Source: Phycisphaerae bacterium
GTDB lineage: Bacteria > Planctomycetota > Phycisphaerae > UBA1845 > Fen-1342
Assembly (NCBI GenBank): GCA_963675745.2
Contig: CAXXWX010000026.1
Location: 288,001-352,000 of the forward strand
DNA length: 64,000 nucleotides
Reading direction: 5' to 3'
This document shows, piece after piece, positions 49,372-60,300 of this stretch (positions are counted from its first letter, which is position 1; each line of letters starts with the position of its first letter). The position numbers and the translations under genes were made by a program. Below the pieces are notes generated by a model. It saw only the letters and a program-made list of their open reading frames with translations, was not told the DNA's origin and ran no database searches.

Positions 49372-51488
49372 TTCGGACAACGCCCCGGTCGCGCATAGTC
49401 GGGGGGGGATGCACGCTTTGGATTCGCCGAGAGTTGGTGCTGGCACCGCTGCTGGCTGCGCTGCTTGTCGCGGTAGAGGCTGGAGCACTGGATGACCAGC
49501 TTCCCAACGACGCGCCTTCAACGGCACAGCCACCCGGCGAACAGGCGGCCGAAGCTGTATCCGCAAGCGAGGTGGTCCCGGACGAGGCGGAAGCCCCCGC
49601 GGCCTTCGAAGACTTCGACGACATCGGGCTCCTCGAACTGGAGGTGCCCACTGTCACAACGGCCGCCCGCAGGACCCAGAGCATCACAACCGTGCCGTAC
49701 GCAATCAGCATCGTAACCGCAGAGGACATCCGCCGCTGTGGAGCGCGCAGCGTGGCTGATGCGCTTCGACTCGTGCCGGGTATGGACGTCGCGGACATGA
49801 CGTTCAACGTACCGGCAGTTTCGCCAAGGGGTTTTCACGGTTTTCTGTCGCGACAGGTCCTGGTGCTGGTGGATGGACGTCAGATTTTTGATTCGGTGTT
49901 CGGCGGGACACTGTGGGCCAGTTGGCCGTTCCAGTTGGAAGATATCGAACGCATTGAGGTCATCCGCGGCCCGGCGGGCGTGACGTGGGGAGCCAACGCG
50001 GTCAACGGCGTGATAAACATCATTACCAAGAAGCCGAAGGACCAGGCCGGAGTGACTTTCAGGGCCGGTGGCGGGTCGCGCGGCTGGCACATGGGCTACC
50101 TGGGATACGCATTCGCCGACGATAAGCTGCAACTGCGCGTTTCCGGTGACTATGAATACAGTGACGGGTTCCTGCGCGGCGGGTCGCCTCTCAGGACTTT
50201 GGACGACGAATACCGCGCGGGGCGCATGTCGGTACACGCGCTATATGATTGGGGCCCGGATGATGAGTTCCTGTTCTCCGCCGGAAGTGCGACGTTGGAT
50301 GGTGGATATCCGCGCTCCCCATCAAGCGGGCTGATCGGGCGCTCATCCGGCTCGCAGGCCAACTTCGTGCTGGGAAAGTGGACGCATCAGGTTGCCCCAG
50401 ACAACACGTTGCAGGTGACGGGATATGTCAATGATTCCTTCCAGTCACCAGGCATGCGGGCGATCGACTACCGCTACCAGCAATTCGCTTTGCAGTTGAG
50501 CCACACGTTCAAGCCGTCCCAGGCCCACACACTGACCTGGGGTGTTGATGGGCGCGTGGACCTGCTGGACCTCACCAATGCTGACCCCTTCATGCTTTCG
50601 CGGGCGTACGTCAAGACCGGCACGATTGGCGCGTACATTCAGGACGAGTGGCGACTGGCACCGAAGTGGGTTCTGAATCTGGGAGGACGACTCGACTACG
50701 ACACCTATGGCGGGTTCGAACCCAGCGGACGCGCGGCGGTCTCATACCAGATGAGCGAGAGCACGGCCATCTATGGCGCGGTGTCGCGGGCATTTCAGAT
50801 GCCGCCCGGCGGGCTGCGGTTCCTGGACATCCCGATGCTCGACGGCCTCGCACGTGTCAAGAGCCACAGCGACCTCGAAGCGCAAACCGTCATGGCGTAC
50901 GAGTTGGGCCACCGTGGTCGGTATCTGGATCGGCTGGACCTGAATGTGAATCTGTTCTGGAACGAGCACTTCAACGTCACCACGGTCAGTCCGCGACCTG
51001 GTCCGCCGGGCTTTGTGCGGTTCGACGAAGACAACCGCGCCTCGGCCACTATCTACGGCGCCGAGCTGGACGCGCGCTATGCCGCTTCAGACTCGCTGAC
51101 GCTCCTGGGCAACTACACCTACCAGCAACTCGACTGGGAGTCGATTGCACGCGTCTACGAGAAGGACATCATGTCGCCGCCACGACATAAGTTCATGGTT
51201 GGCGCCCGCTACGACGTCACGGACGATCTGCACCTGTCCAGTCATCTGTACTATGTCACCGAAGTGGAAGGGGCGAACCCCCACTTCCCGTTCGTCTCGC
51301 AGACCATCGATGAGTACTTCCGGCTCGATCTTCTCGCCGAATATGAGTTTTGGGAAGATCGCGCGTCTATCGCGGCGGGTGTTCGTAACCTGCTGGATAA
51401 TCATCACCCCGAGGGCAGCACGGTGTTCCTGAACGACGCCGAGGTGCCGCGCATGTTCTGGGCCGAGCTGCGGCTCAGGTTCAAGTAG
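49368..51488 (+). CDS. TonB-dependent receptor
   Basis: Plug (ADALRLVPG, VLVDGR, IERIEVIRGP, GANAVNGVINIITK); barrel ending in GVRNLLD...LRLRFK. Confidence 0.95.
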   Translation: MIRTTPRSRIVGGGCTLWIRRELVLAPLLAALLVAVEAGALDDQLPNDAPSTAQPPGEQAAEAVSASEVVPDEAEAPAAFEDFDDIGLLELEVPTVTTAARRTQSITTVPYAISIVTAEDIRRCGARSVADALRLVPGMDVADMTFNVPAVSPRGFHGFLSRQVLVLVDGRQIFDSVFGGTLWASWPFQLEDIERIEVIRGPAGVTWGANAVNGVINIITKKPKDQAGVTFRAGGGSRGWHMGYLGYAFADDKLQLRVSGDYEYSDGFLRGGSPLRTLDDEYRAGRMSVHALYDWGPDDEFLFSAGSATLDGGYPRSPSSGLIGRSSGSQANFVLGKWTHQVAPDNTLQVTGYVNDSFQSPGMRAIDYRYQQFALQLSHTFKPSQAHTLTWGVDGRVDLLDLTNADPFMLSRAYVKTGTIGAYIQDEWRLAPKWVLNLGGRLDYDTYGGFEPSGRAAVSYQMSESTAIYGAVSRAFQMPPGGLRFLDIPMLDGLARVKSHSDLEAQTVMAYELGHRGRYLDRLDLNVNLFWNEHFNVTTVSPRPGPPGFVRFDEDNRASATIYGAELDARYAASDSLTLLGNYTYQQLDWESIARVYEKDIMSPPRHKFMVGARYDVTDDLHLSSHLYYVTEVEGANPHFPFVSQTIDEYFRLDLLAEYEFWEDRASIAAGVRNLLDNHHPEGSTVFLNDAEVPRMFWAELRLRFK

Positions 51489-51507
51489 CCCTGATGCCGC
51501 GCCAGCC

Positions 51508-54007
51508 TCAGGTTTGCCCGGCCCCGAAGTGATTGGCGCATTGCAGCACGGGCGGTGCGCGCAGTGCGTCGGTATCGACAGCCGCCGGCACGCGAATCGA
51601 GAACACGTGGCTCTCGCCCGGCAGCAACGTAACCAGATTGTCGTCCACTTCCGCGCCCGCGTGTACGCGATCAACGCTGAGCAGCACATCACGCAGCAGC
51701 GTCTCGGCGTGCAGGTGTAGCTGAATCTGACCGGCGGCCTCGGTGATTTCGGTGCGCAAGCGCGGCGCCGGGTAGCGAAGCCGCCGATCATGCTCGAAGA
51801 ACCAGTGGGCGCACAGGTCATCCGCGACGGCCACGAGCAACTCGCCACACCGATCGTCAGGTTGGCCGAGTATATCGGCCAGTTGCGCGACGCGGGACGC
51901 ACAGTGCGGGGCAAGCACGCGGTCAAGCTGTTCTTCCGCCAGAATTGCCCCATCAAACCGCCGCCGCGAGACGTCCAGGTGCAGGGCCCACGGCTCCGCC
52001 GTATCGTTGACGGCGCATAGCGCGGGCGCGCCATCAAACGGCTGGATGGTCAGCAAGCGCGGGGCGAATGCGCGCCGGGTTGCATACCAGAGCGGCTTGC
52101 GCCGGCCAGCATCATCAATCGCCGACCAGGTGTGCCCGGTCCAGCAATCGTTGAGCTGCCAGTACAGCACGCCCATGCAGCGGGGGCTGTTCGCACGCAG
52201 CCATTCCACCGCCAGACCGACAGCGCGGGCCTGCATCAGTTGCGTCAGATAGTGCCAATCATCGAAACTGCCGGGCGCGGCGAAGTGTTCGAGCACCGGC
52301 TGCGTGAGCAGTTGATCGTTGCCGCTCGAACGCTGGCGATGCGCCATAGCCTCGCTGTCAGGCGCGAGCTCCTCGCGCTCGACCGCGTCGCACAGTGTGG
52401 CGTAATTGGCCGGGCGCCTGGTGCCCGAACTCGCTCACAAAACGCGGGATGAACTGGCGATAGCCCTCGACACGCCTATCCCAGGTGTGGCGGTTACCGT
52501 GGTCCGGGTCCAAAACGTCACGCTCGCGGGAGCCCGAGTATGGGCTGTTTGGCCAATACGGCCGCGTTGGATCAAGCTCCTTGACCACACGTGCCAGCAG
52601 GTCGAAGTAGTAACCGCCGCCCCAGCTCTGGTCGGGTTTGAGCCGCTCCTTGTAACCCCAGCTCTGGTAAGCCCAGAGACACTCGTTGCCGCCGCACCAT
52701 AGGGCCAGGCTGGGGTGTGTGCAGAGGCGCGCGACGTTGTAGCGCGCTTCGCGCTCGACCTGCGCCCAATAGGGCTGTTCCTCGGGGTAGGTGGCGCAGG
52801 CGAACATGAAATCCTGCCAGACCAGGATGCCGTGCTCGTCGCAGGCCGAATAGAAGGACTGATCCTCGTAAATGCCGCCGCCCCACCCGCGCAGCATGTT
52901 CATATTCGCATCGGCGGCCTGTGTGACACGCCGGCGGTAATCATCGCTTGTGAGCTCTGACGGGAATAGTGCGTCGGGGATCCAGTTCGCACCGCGGCAG
53001 AAGATCGGCCGGTCGTTGATGCGAATGGTGAAAGCCGAGCCGCTCTCATCCGGTGCCGTATCAAGCGTAACGGTGCGGAAGCCGATACGCCCCGCCCAGG
53101 AATCGAGCACCTGCGCCGCGCCGCCGGCGTCCGATTTCACAAGTGATACGCGGAGGTTGTAGAGGCTCTGCTCGCCATAGCCGCGCGGCCACCAGAGCCG
53201 TGGGTCGGCGACGGTGAGCGCGAGGTCCGCATCGGCGGCGTTTGTCGAAAGAGGAACGCGTCCCGTGGCCACGACGCAAGCATCGTCGGCCAACTCAGCG
53301 ATCAGTTGCACGGGCTCGGCGCCAGGCTCGCCGCCCGCGTGTTCCAGCACCGCCCTGATATCCACGCGCCAGTTTCCGCCCCGTTCCCTGATCACCAGCG
53401 GCCGCACAACGTCGAGCCGGGCCGTGTTCCAGCCATGCAGCCTGATCGAGCGCCAGATGCCGGCTGTGGCGACGTGCGGCCCCCAGTCCCAGCCGAAATT
53501 GCAGGCCATCTTGCGAATGTAGGGATAAGCGCACAAGTCGAAGTTGGCGGGGCGCGGGCCGTGTTGTTCGGTCATCGCGCGCGTGTGGCGAAGCGGCGAT
53601 TTAAATACGACCTCGAGGCGGTTCTCGCCGGGCCGCAGCGCCGGCCGCGCGTCGAAGCGCCAGGCGTGGAACATGTTGTCGGCCGTGCCGAGCTGCGTGT
53701 CATTGAGCGTGATTGTCGCGAGAGTGTCCAGCCCATCGCAGACCAGGGCGACGCGCTCACATTCGACCAGGCGCGCGTCAGCCACGAACCGGCACTCATA
53801 ATGCCAGTCTGATTCGCCGATCCACTGGCAATCGCGCTCACTGAATCCCAGGTTGGGGTGCTTGATCAGGCCGGCACGGATCAGGTCGGTGTGTACGCAG
53901 CCGGGGACGCGCGCGGGCAGCACGCGCTGCCGGATATCTTGTGGTACTTCAGTAGCGCCGTCGGCCGCACGCAGCAGCCAATGCGTCCAGTTAAGCGATT
54001 GATCCAT
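51508..54007 (-). pseudogene. Beta-mannosidase (GH2) split by a +1 frameshift at about 52412-52414
   Basis: FGWDWGP, GANWIP, WGGG, WCGGNE and SEFG in ORF 52358..54007; YWQLNDCW in ORF 51508..52347. Deleting one base of the C3 run restores ...HQAPANYATL. Confidence 0.85.
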
Positions 54008-54062
54008 CTGCGATTCCGGATGCCGGTAAGGTCACTAACTCCCGGCGCCACCTGCCAGGAGC

Positions 54063-57000
54063 TCAGGCCCGCGTGGCGGCCAGCGTGATGATCTGGAACG
54101 GCCGAATGCTGATAACCGTCTGTTTGTCGGCGGGATGATGCACAAACCCGGCCACCGCGAGCGGACGCTCCAGCAAATCGACCGTCTCGACCGCGCTCAC
54201 CGGCAGATGCCACCGCAGCGTAACAGTGCCACGGGCGCCGTGCGATTCCACCAGCCGCAGAATCAGACGCTCATCATCCTCGGCGCGCTTGAACGCTGCA
54301 ATGACGACATCGGCCGCGCCGGCAACGGCAATCTCGATCGGCGCCCAACCATCGTGGCAGGCGCCGGGCTGGTCCGCGGCCGGCGAGCACATCAGCAGCG
54401 GCGTGTTGAGGGCCTCGGCCTCGTGCAGGACGCCGGCACCACGCCAGTCCCCGTCGTGCGGCATCAGGCTGTACGTAAACTCGTGCGTGCCACGGTCGGC
54501 ATTGTGGTCGGGGAACCGCGGACTGCGCAACAGGGTCAGCCCCATTACGTTATCGCGGCATGAGTGGCCGTACTTCCCGTCATTCAGCAGCGCAACTCCA
54601 AAACCAGGCTCCGAGAGGTCCACCCAGCGGTGTGCACAGACCTCAAACTGTGCCTGCTCCCACGATGTGTTACGATGCGTGGCGCGTTCGATATGGCCGT
54701 ATTGAATCTCGTAGGTCGCGCGGCGGCTACGGACATCCACGGGAAACAGTGCCCGTAGCAGGCACTGACGCTCGTGCCATTCGATATGCGTCTGAATGTC
54801 GAGTCGCGGCGAGCCGGCGGCCAGGACGAAACGCTGCGTCAGACGGCTGCCCTGGCCCAACGGTCGCACGATTTCGATCGCCGCGCGCAGCGGGCCCTTC
54901 TCGACCACGCGGCACGATTCGGCCGGCGCGTCAGCCAGCCGCGGCTTCTCGACATACTCGCGATCAATCTCCCAGGCGTCCCAGGCCCGCGGCCGATCTT
55001 CATACAGCACGAGTTGGTTAAGCGGGCTTCGCGTGCCGTCGGGCCGCGGCGCGCCGACTTCGCGATCCGAGTCAAAGCGTTTGAGCCGCGCGACGCGGCC
55101 TTGCTCATCAATCGTTGCTTCGAGAACGCCGTTCGAAAGCGTCATGTTCCCGGCGGTTGCCGGCGCCACGCCGGGAGGCTCTGTGGCATCGACAACACGC
55201 ACACCCATGGGTGGCACCTGCGCGACGTAGTGCAGATCGCCATCGTGCTCGACCACCCCCGCCTGGACGTGCGACGTGGGGTTAAAGACCATCAGCGGTC
55301 GGCGCAGGCCGGTGGTGTCGACGGCAGCGGCCCAGCGCTGGAGACCCGCGTCGGTCAACGCCCCGCAGGTCTCACGGATCTCGTCGTGGTGCTCGCGCGC
55401 TTCGTCATATACCCAGCCGATCGACGAACCCGGCAGGATGTCGTGGAACTGGTTCAGCAACAGGAGCTTCCACGCCCGGTCGAGACGCGGCATGAGGACC
55501 GGCCCATCCTCGGCCCGGACGGGGCCGGCGAAACTCAGGCACTCGGCGACTCCCAGGCCGTGCTCGGCGAGGCGGTTGGCCCGCTTGAGCCAGCTCTGCG
55601 TGGTATATGTCCCGCGATGGTATTCGAGGTACAGTTCGCCGTCCCAGATCGGCAGGTCGCGGCCTTGTGTCTGAAGGTTCTTGCGTTCCTGGCGCAGTGC
55701 TTCACAGAAAGTGCGCGTGCCGGCCAGCCGCACATCGGGCAGGCCGTCACATTTTCGTGCGTTCACCGCGTTCAGAATCTGCCAGTCGGTTGGCCCCCCC
55801 CCGCCATCGCCGAACCCGAACGGGTGCAGCCAGACGCCCGTATCGGCGTTGTCCTTGCGCGCAATGTTCTGATCTCCGCGGTGGAGATCGGCCGGCGTGT
55901 TGCTGGCGTTGTAGTCGTGGCCGGGCGTGCAGTGTGCAAGGACCTCGGTGCCGTCGATGCCGCGCCAGCGGAAATTGGTCAGCGGAAACTCGTTGGTGTC
56001 GTTCCACGAGAGCTTGTTGGTTATGAACACGTCAAGTCCGGCCAACGCCATGATCTGTGGCAAGGCGGCGCTGAAGCCGAATGTGTCGGGCAGATAGACG
56101 AACTGCTGTCTGCCATGATCGCCAAACCGCGTCTCCCAATAACGCGTGCCGTGCAGAATCTGGCGCGCCAGCGACTCGCCCGAGACGGTGTTGCAGTCGC
56201 ACTCGACCCACATGCCGCCGCCCGGCTCCCAGCGGCCTTCGCGAACACGTTCGGCGATGCGTGCGAACAGCTCGGGTGTTGACTCTTCGATCCAGGCGTA
56301 TTGCTGGGCCTGGCTGCACAGGAACCGGAAATCCGGGAAGCGCCCCATCAGGCCGAGCACGTTGGCAAAGCTGCGCTGGCACTTGCGGCGTGATTCGCGC
56401 AACGGCCATAGCCACGCCGTGTCGATGTGCGCATGGCCGACGGCGAAGCAGTGCGAGCGCCTGGATACCGTGTCGGTGCTCAGGGCGGCTTCGAGGATGG
56501 CCAGCACCGCGCCGGCTGTGCCGGCCACGTTCGCGGCGTCGAGGCACTGCGTTGCGCGCCGCAGAGCCTGGTCGAGCATCTGGCCGCGAAGATCGTCATC
56601 GGTAAATAGCAGCATCGCTTGTCGCGCGAACTCGTACGTGCGCCACAAACGCCACACATTGGCGTGGTAAACGGTCAGTTCGCAGCGATCGAGCCGTCCG
56701 GGCGTGGCGCCGCTCCAGCGGCGATACTCGTCGGAATCGACGTTGACGAAGCTGGTCGTGCCGAACGGATGGTTGCAGGCGGCCTCTATGTGCAGATCGA
56801 CCTTCTCGCCGCCGACCGCCGCGTCAAACAACACATGCGCGTCGCGGTTCGGGTCAAAGCCCTGCCGCGCGACGCCCCCCTCCCAGAGCAGCGCTTCAGT
56901 GGCGCTGGAAAACCGCAGGGCCACGCACTTCCCCGCCCATTCGGCCGGCACCTGGCCGGTGATGTGAAACCACGCGGTGGACCACGCCGGCCCCCACCGC

Positions 57001-57173
57001 CAGCCGATCTCCACGGGCTCGTATTCGGCTCCGAGCGCCTCAGCGTGCGGGATCGGCTCGTCATACCGGCGAGCACCGATGCGCAGCTGCGCGGTAAGCG
57101 AGAATACCGCCGGCGCGAGAACCTGTTCGGCGTAGACGGCGTAACGTTGTGCGGCGGATTCAAGCTGTTTCAT
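54063..57173 (-). CDS. Alpha-mannosidase (GH38)
   Basis: GHAHIDTAWLWP; LPDTFG; GDGGGGP; ELYLEYHRGTYT; QFHDILPGS. Confidence 0.95.
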   Translation of the reverse strand: MKQLESAAQRYAVYAEQVLAPAVFSLTAQLRIGARRYDEPIPHAEALGAEYEPVEIGWRWGPAWSTAWFHITGQVPAEWAGKCVALRFSSATEALLWEGGVARQGFDPNRDAHVLFDAAVGGEKVDLHIEAACNHPFGTTSFVNVDSDEYRRWSGATPGRLDRCELTVYHANVWRLWRTYEFARQAMLLFTDDDLRGQMLDQALRRATQCLDAANVAGTAGAVLAILEAALSTDTVSRRSHCFAVGHAHIDTAWLWPLRESRRKCQRSFANVLGLMGRFPDFRFLCSQAQQYAWIEESTPELFARIAERVREGRWEPGGGMWVECDCNTVSGESLARQILHGTRYWETRFGDHGRQQFVYLPDTFGFSAALPQIMALAGLDVFITNKLSWNDTNEFPLTNFRWRGIDGTEVLAHCTPGHDYNASNTPADLHRGDQNIARKDNADTGVWLHPFGFGDGGGGPTDWQILNAVNARKCDGLPDVRLAGTRTFCEALRQERKNLQTQGRDLPIWDGELYLEYHRGTYTTQSWLKRANRLAEHGLGVAECLSFAGPVRAEDGPVLMPRLDRAWKLLLLNQFHDILPGSSIGWVYDEAREHHDEIRETCGALTDAGLQRWAAAVDTTGLRRPLMVFNPTSHVQAGVVEHDGDLHYVAQVPPMGVRVVDATEPPGVAPATAGNMTLSNGVLEATIDEQGRVARLKRFDSDREVGAPRPDGTRSPLNQLVLYEDRPRAWDAWEIDREYVEKPRLADAPAESCRVVEKGPLRAAIEIVRPLGQGSRLTQRFVLAAGSPRLDIQTHIEWHERQCLLRALFPVDVRSRRATYEIQYGHIERATHRNTSWEQAQFEVCAHRWVDLSEPGFGVALLNDGKYGHSCRDNVMGLTLLRSPRFPDHNADRGTHEFTYSLMPHDGDWRGAGVLHEAEALNTPLLMCSPAADQPGACHDGWAPIEIAVAGAADVVIAAFKRAEDDERLILRLVESHGARGTVTLRWHLPVSAVETVDLLERPLAVAGFVHHPADKQTVISIRPFQIITLAATRA

Positions 57174-57393
57174 GGCACCGGCACGGGAACGGAGTCGTTC
57201 ATTGCGCGGGCAACGGCCCACGCGCGGTGCGTATCGTAGCGGAACCCGTCGGCGCAAGACAGTCCGGCTTGATTCGCGCCCACGCCGGGAAGTTCCGCCC
57301 GTTGGCGCGCGTGCCCCACACGTTTCGGTGAGCCGCGCTCGCCGCTACAATTGTGCGGCACGGTCACATCCCGCTGACACAGAGGTCTGGTTG

Positions 57394-60300
57394 ATGACAC
57401 GAATGATGCGAACCTTGGCGGCACTGGCAATCGGGGGTCTGGCAATATCGAGTGCGGCACAAATGAGCGACACGCCAACTTCCCCACTCGGCGAAGAGTC
57501 TCAGCAGCAGCGCGACCTGCGCATGCAGTGGTGGCGCGAGGCCCGCTTCGGGCTGTTCATTCACTGGGGCCTATACGCCATCCCGGCCGGTCAGTGGGGC
57601 GAACAGACGCACCACGGCGAGTGGATCATGAACACGGCCCACATCCCGCTGGAGCGCTACGAGCAGTTTGTCGCGCAGTTCAACCCGGTGAAGTTCGACG
57701 CCGACCGGTGGGCGCAAATCGCCAAAGACGCGGGCATGAAGTACATCGTGATCACGTCAAAACATCACGACGGCTTTTGCCTGTTCGACTCGGCCCAGAC
57801 CGACTACGACGTCATGTCCACGCCATTCAAGCGCGACATCATGAAGGAGCTGTCCGAGGCGTGTCGGCGACACGGGCTCAAGATGTGCTGGTATCACTCG
57901 ATCATGGACTGGCACCACCCCGACTATCTGCCACGACGTGACTGGGAAGAGCGCTCTGCTGAAGGAGCGGACTTCGAGCGCTTCCGCACCTATCTGAAAA
58001 GCCAGGTGCGCGAGCTGCTCACGGACTATGGCGAAATCGGCGTCATGTGGTTCGACGGCGAGTGGGAGGCCACCTGGAACCACGAGTATGGCGCGGACCT
58101 CTACAACTACGTCCGCGGCTTGCGGCCCGACGTCATCGTTAACAACCGCGTTGACAAGGGCCGCGGCGGCATGGCCGGCATGACCAAGGACCGCCGCTTC
58201 ACCGGCGATTTCGGCACACCCGAGCAGGAAATCCCCACCACCGGTCTGCCTGGCGTCGATTGGGAAACCTGCATGACGATGAATCACCACTGGGGTTACA
58301 ACAGGCTCGACGACGACTGGAAATCGACCGAGGACCTGATCCGCAAGCTCGCCGACATCGCCTCCAAGGGCGGCAACTTCCTGCTCAACGTCGGTCCAAA
58401 AGCCGACGGCACCTTCCCGCAGGAGAGCGTTGACCGCCTGCGCGCGATTGGGGCCTGGATGAAGGTCAACGGCGAGTCGATCTACGGCACGAGTGCCAGC
58501 CCGTTCAAGTCTCTGCCGTGGGGCCGCTGTACGCAGAAGCGGCTGCCGACCGGCGATACGCGGCTGTATCTGCACGTGTTCGACTGGCCCGCGGCCGGCG
58601 ATCTGACCGTGCCGGGCATCTTCAACGAGGCGCGACAGGCGTACCTGATGGCCAACGGCGACGACGAGAAGCTCTATGTTCGGCGGAAAGACGACGCTCT
58701 GATCATCCGTTTGCCCGCGGATGCGCTCGACCCGATCGACACCGTGGTCGTGCTCGACGTCGCCGGCAAGGCCGACGTGGCTGATCCGCCGGTGATTTCG
58801 GCCCCGGCGGACATTTTCGTCGACACGCTCGAAGTGACCGTGTCTTCCGACCGCGAGAAAGTCGTGCTGCGCTACACGACAGACGGCAGCGAGCCGACGC
58901 CTGAGTCGCCACTCGTCAGCGGACCCATTCGGCTCACACAGACAGCCACGGTTACGGCGCGGGTATTCCGCGCTGATCGCGCCGTCAGCGGCGTCAGCAA
59001 CACCACGTTCACCAAAGTCGTGCCGCAGCCGGCGGTAACGGTGCCAGACACCGTCGCGGGCGTAAATTATGAGTATTACGAAGGAGAATGGGACCGCCTG
59101 CCGGATTTTGACGCGCTGACACCCGTAAAGACCGGCACGCTCGACGGCTTCCTGTTCTCGCCGTGTGAGCGCAATGAGCGCTTCGGCTTCCGCTACACGG
59201 CCTATGTCCGCGTGCCGACCAGCGGAGTCTACACGTTTTACACGCTGTCGGACGACGGTAGCCGGCTTTACATCGGCGATGAACTGGTCGTGGACAACGA
59301 CGGTCTGCACAGCCTGCACGAGGCGAGCGGACGGATCGCGCTGGACGCCGGCCTGCACACCATCACGGTCACCTTCTTCGAAAGGACCGGCGGCGACGGG
59401 CTCGAAGTCACATATGCCGGCCCCGGAATAAAGAAGCAGCGCGTGCCGTCGAGGGCGCTATTCCGTTCGCCCACCGCCGCCATGCTGGTTCCGCATCCGC
59501 GGCAGATGGCGTGGCAGGAGATGGAGGTCCACGCCTTCGTACACTTCGGCATAAACACCTTCACCGACCGCGAATGGGGCGACGGCACCGAGAGCCCGAC
59601 GCTGCTTAATCCGACCGAGCTCGACGCCAACCAGTGGGTCCGCGACTTCAAAGACGCCGGCATGAAACAGGTCGTGCTCAGCGCGAAGCACCATGACGGC
59701 TTCTGCCTGTGGCCGAGCGCGTATACCGAGCACTCTGTCAAGAACAGCCCGTGGCGCGATGGCCGCGGCGATCTCGTGCGTGAGGTGGCCGACGCCTGTC
59801 ACGCGGCAGGGCTCAAGCTGGGCATCTACCTGTCACCCTGGGATCGGCACGAGCCGACGTATGGCGATTCGCCGCGCTACAACGAGCACTACAAGAACCA
59901 GCTTCGCGAGCTGCTGAGCAACTATGGCCCGATCCACGAGGTCTGGTTCGACGGAGCGTGCGGCGAAGGCCCCAACGGCAAGAAGCAGGTGTATGACTGG
60001 GACGGCTACGTGGCGCTGATCCGCGAGTTGCAGCCCGACGCCGTGATCTTCTCCGACGCCGGCCCGGACATCCGCTGGGTCGGCAATGAGCAGGGCTTTG
60101 CCGGCGAGACGAACTGGTCAATGTTGCGGCGTGACGAGTTCTACCCCGGCACGCCGAAGCACAAGCAATTGACCGAAGGTCACGAGGACGGCACGCATTG
60201 GGTTCCCGCCGAGTGCGACGTCTCTATCCGCCCCGGCTGGTTCTATCACGCCGGCCAGGACGATCAGGTGAAGACGGTCCCGCAACTCGTCGACCTCTAC

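Noticed and set aside
54774..59358. Long antisense ORFs (502 aa at 54774 and 533 aa at 57757)
   Set aside because: Shadows of GH38 and GH29 with no motifs of their own.
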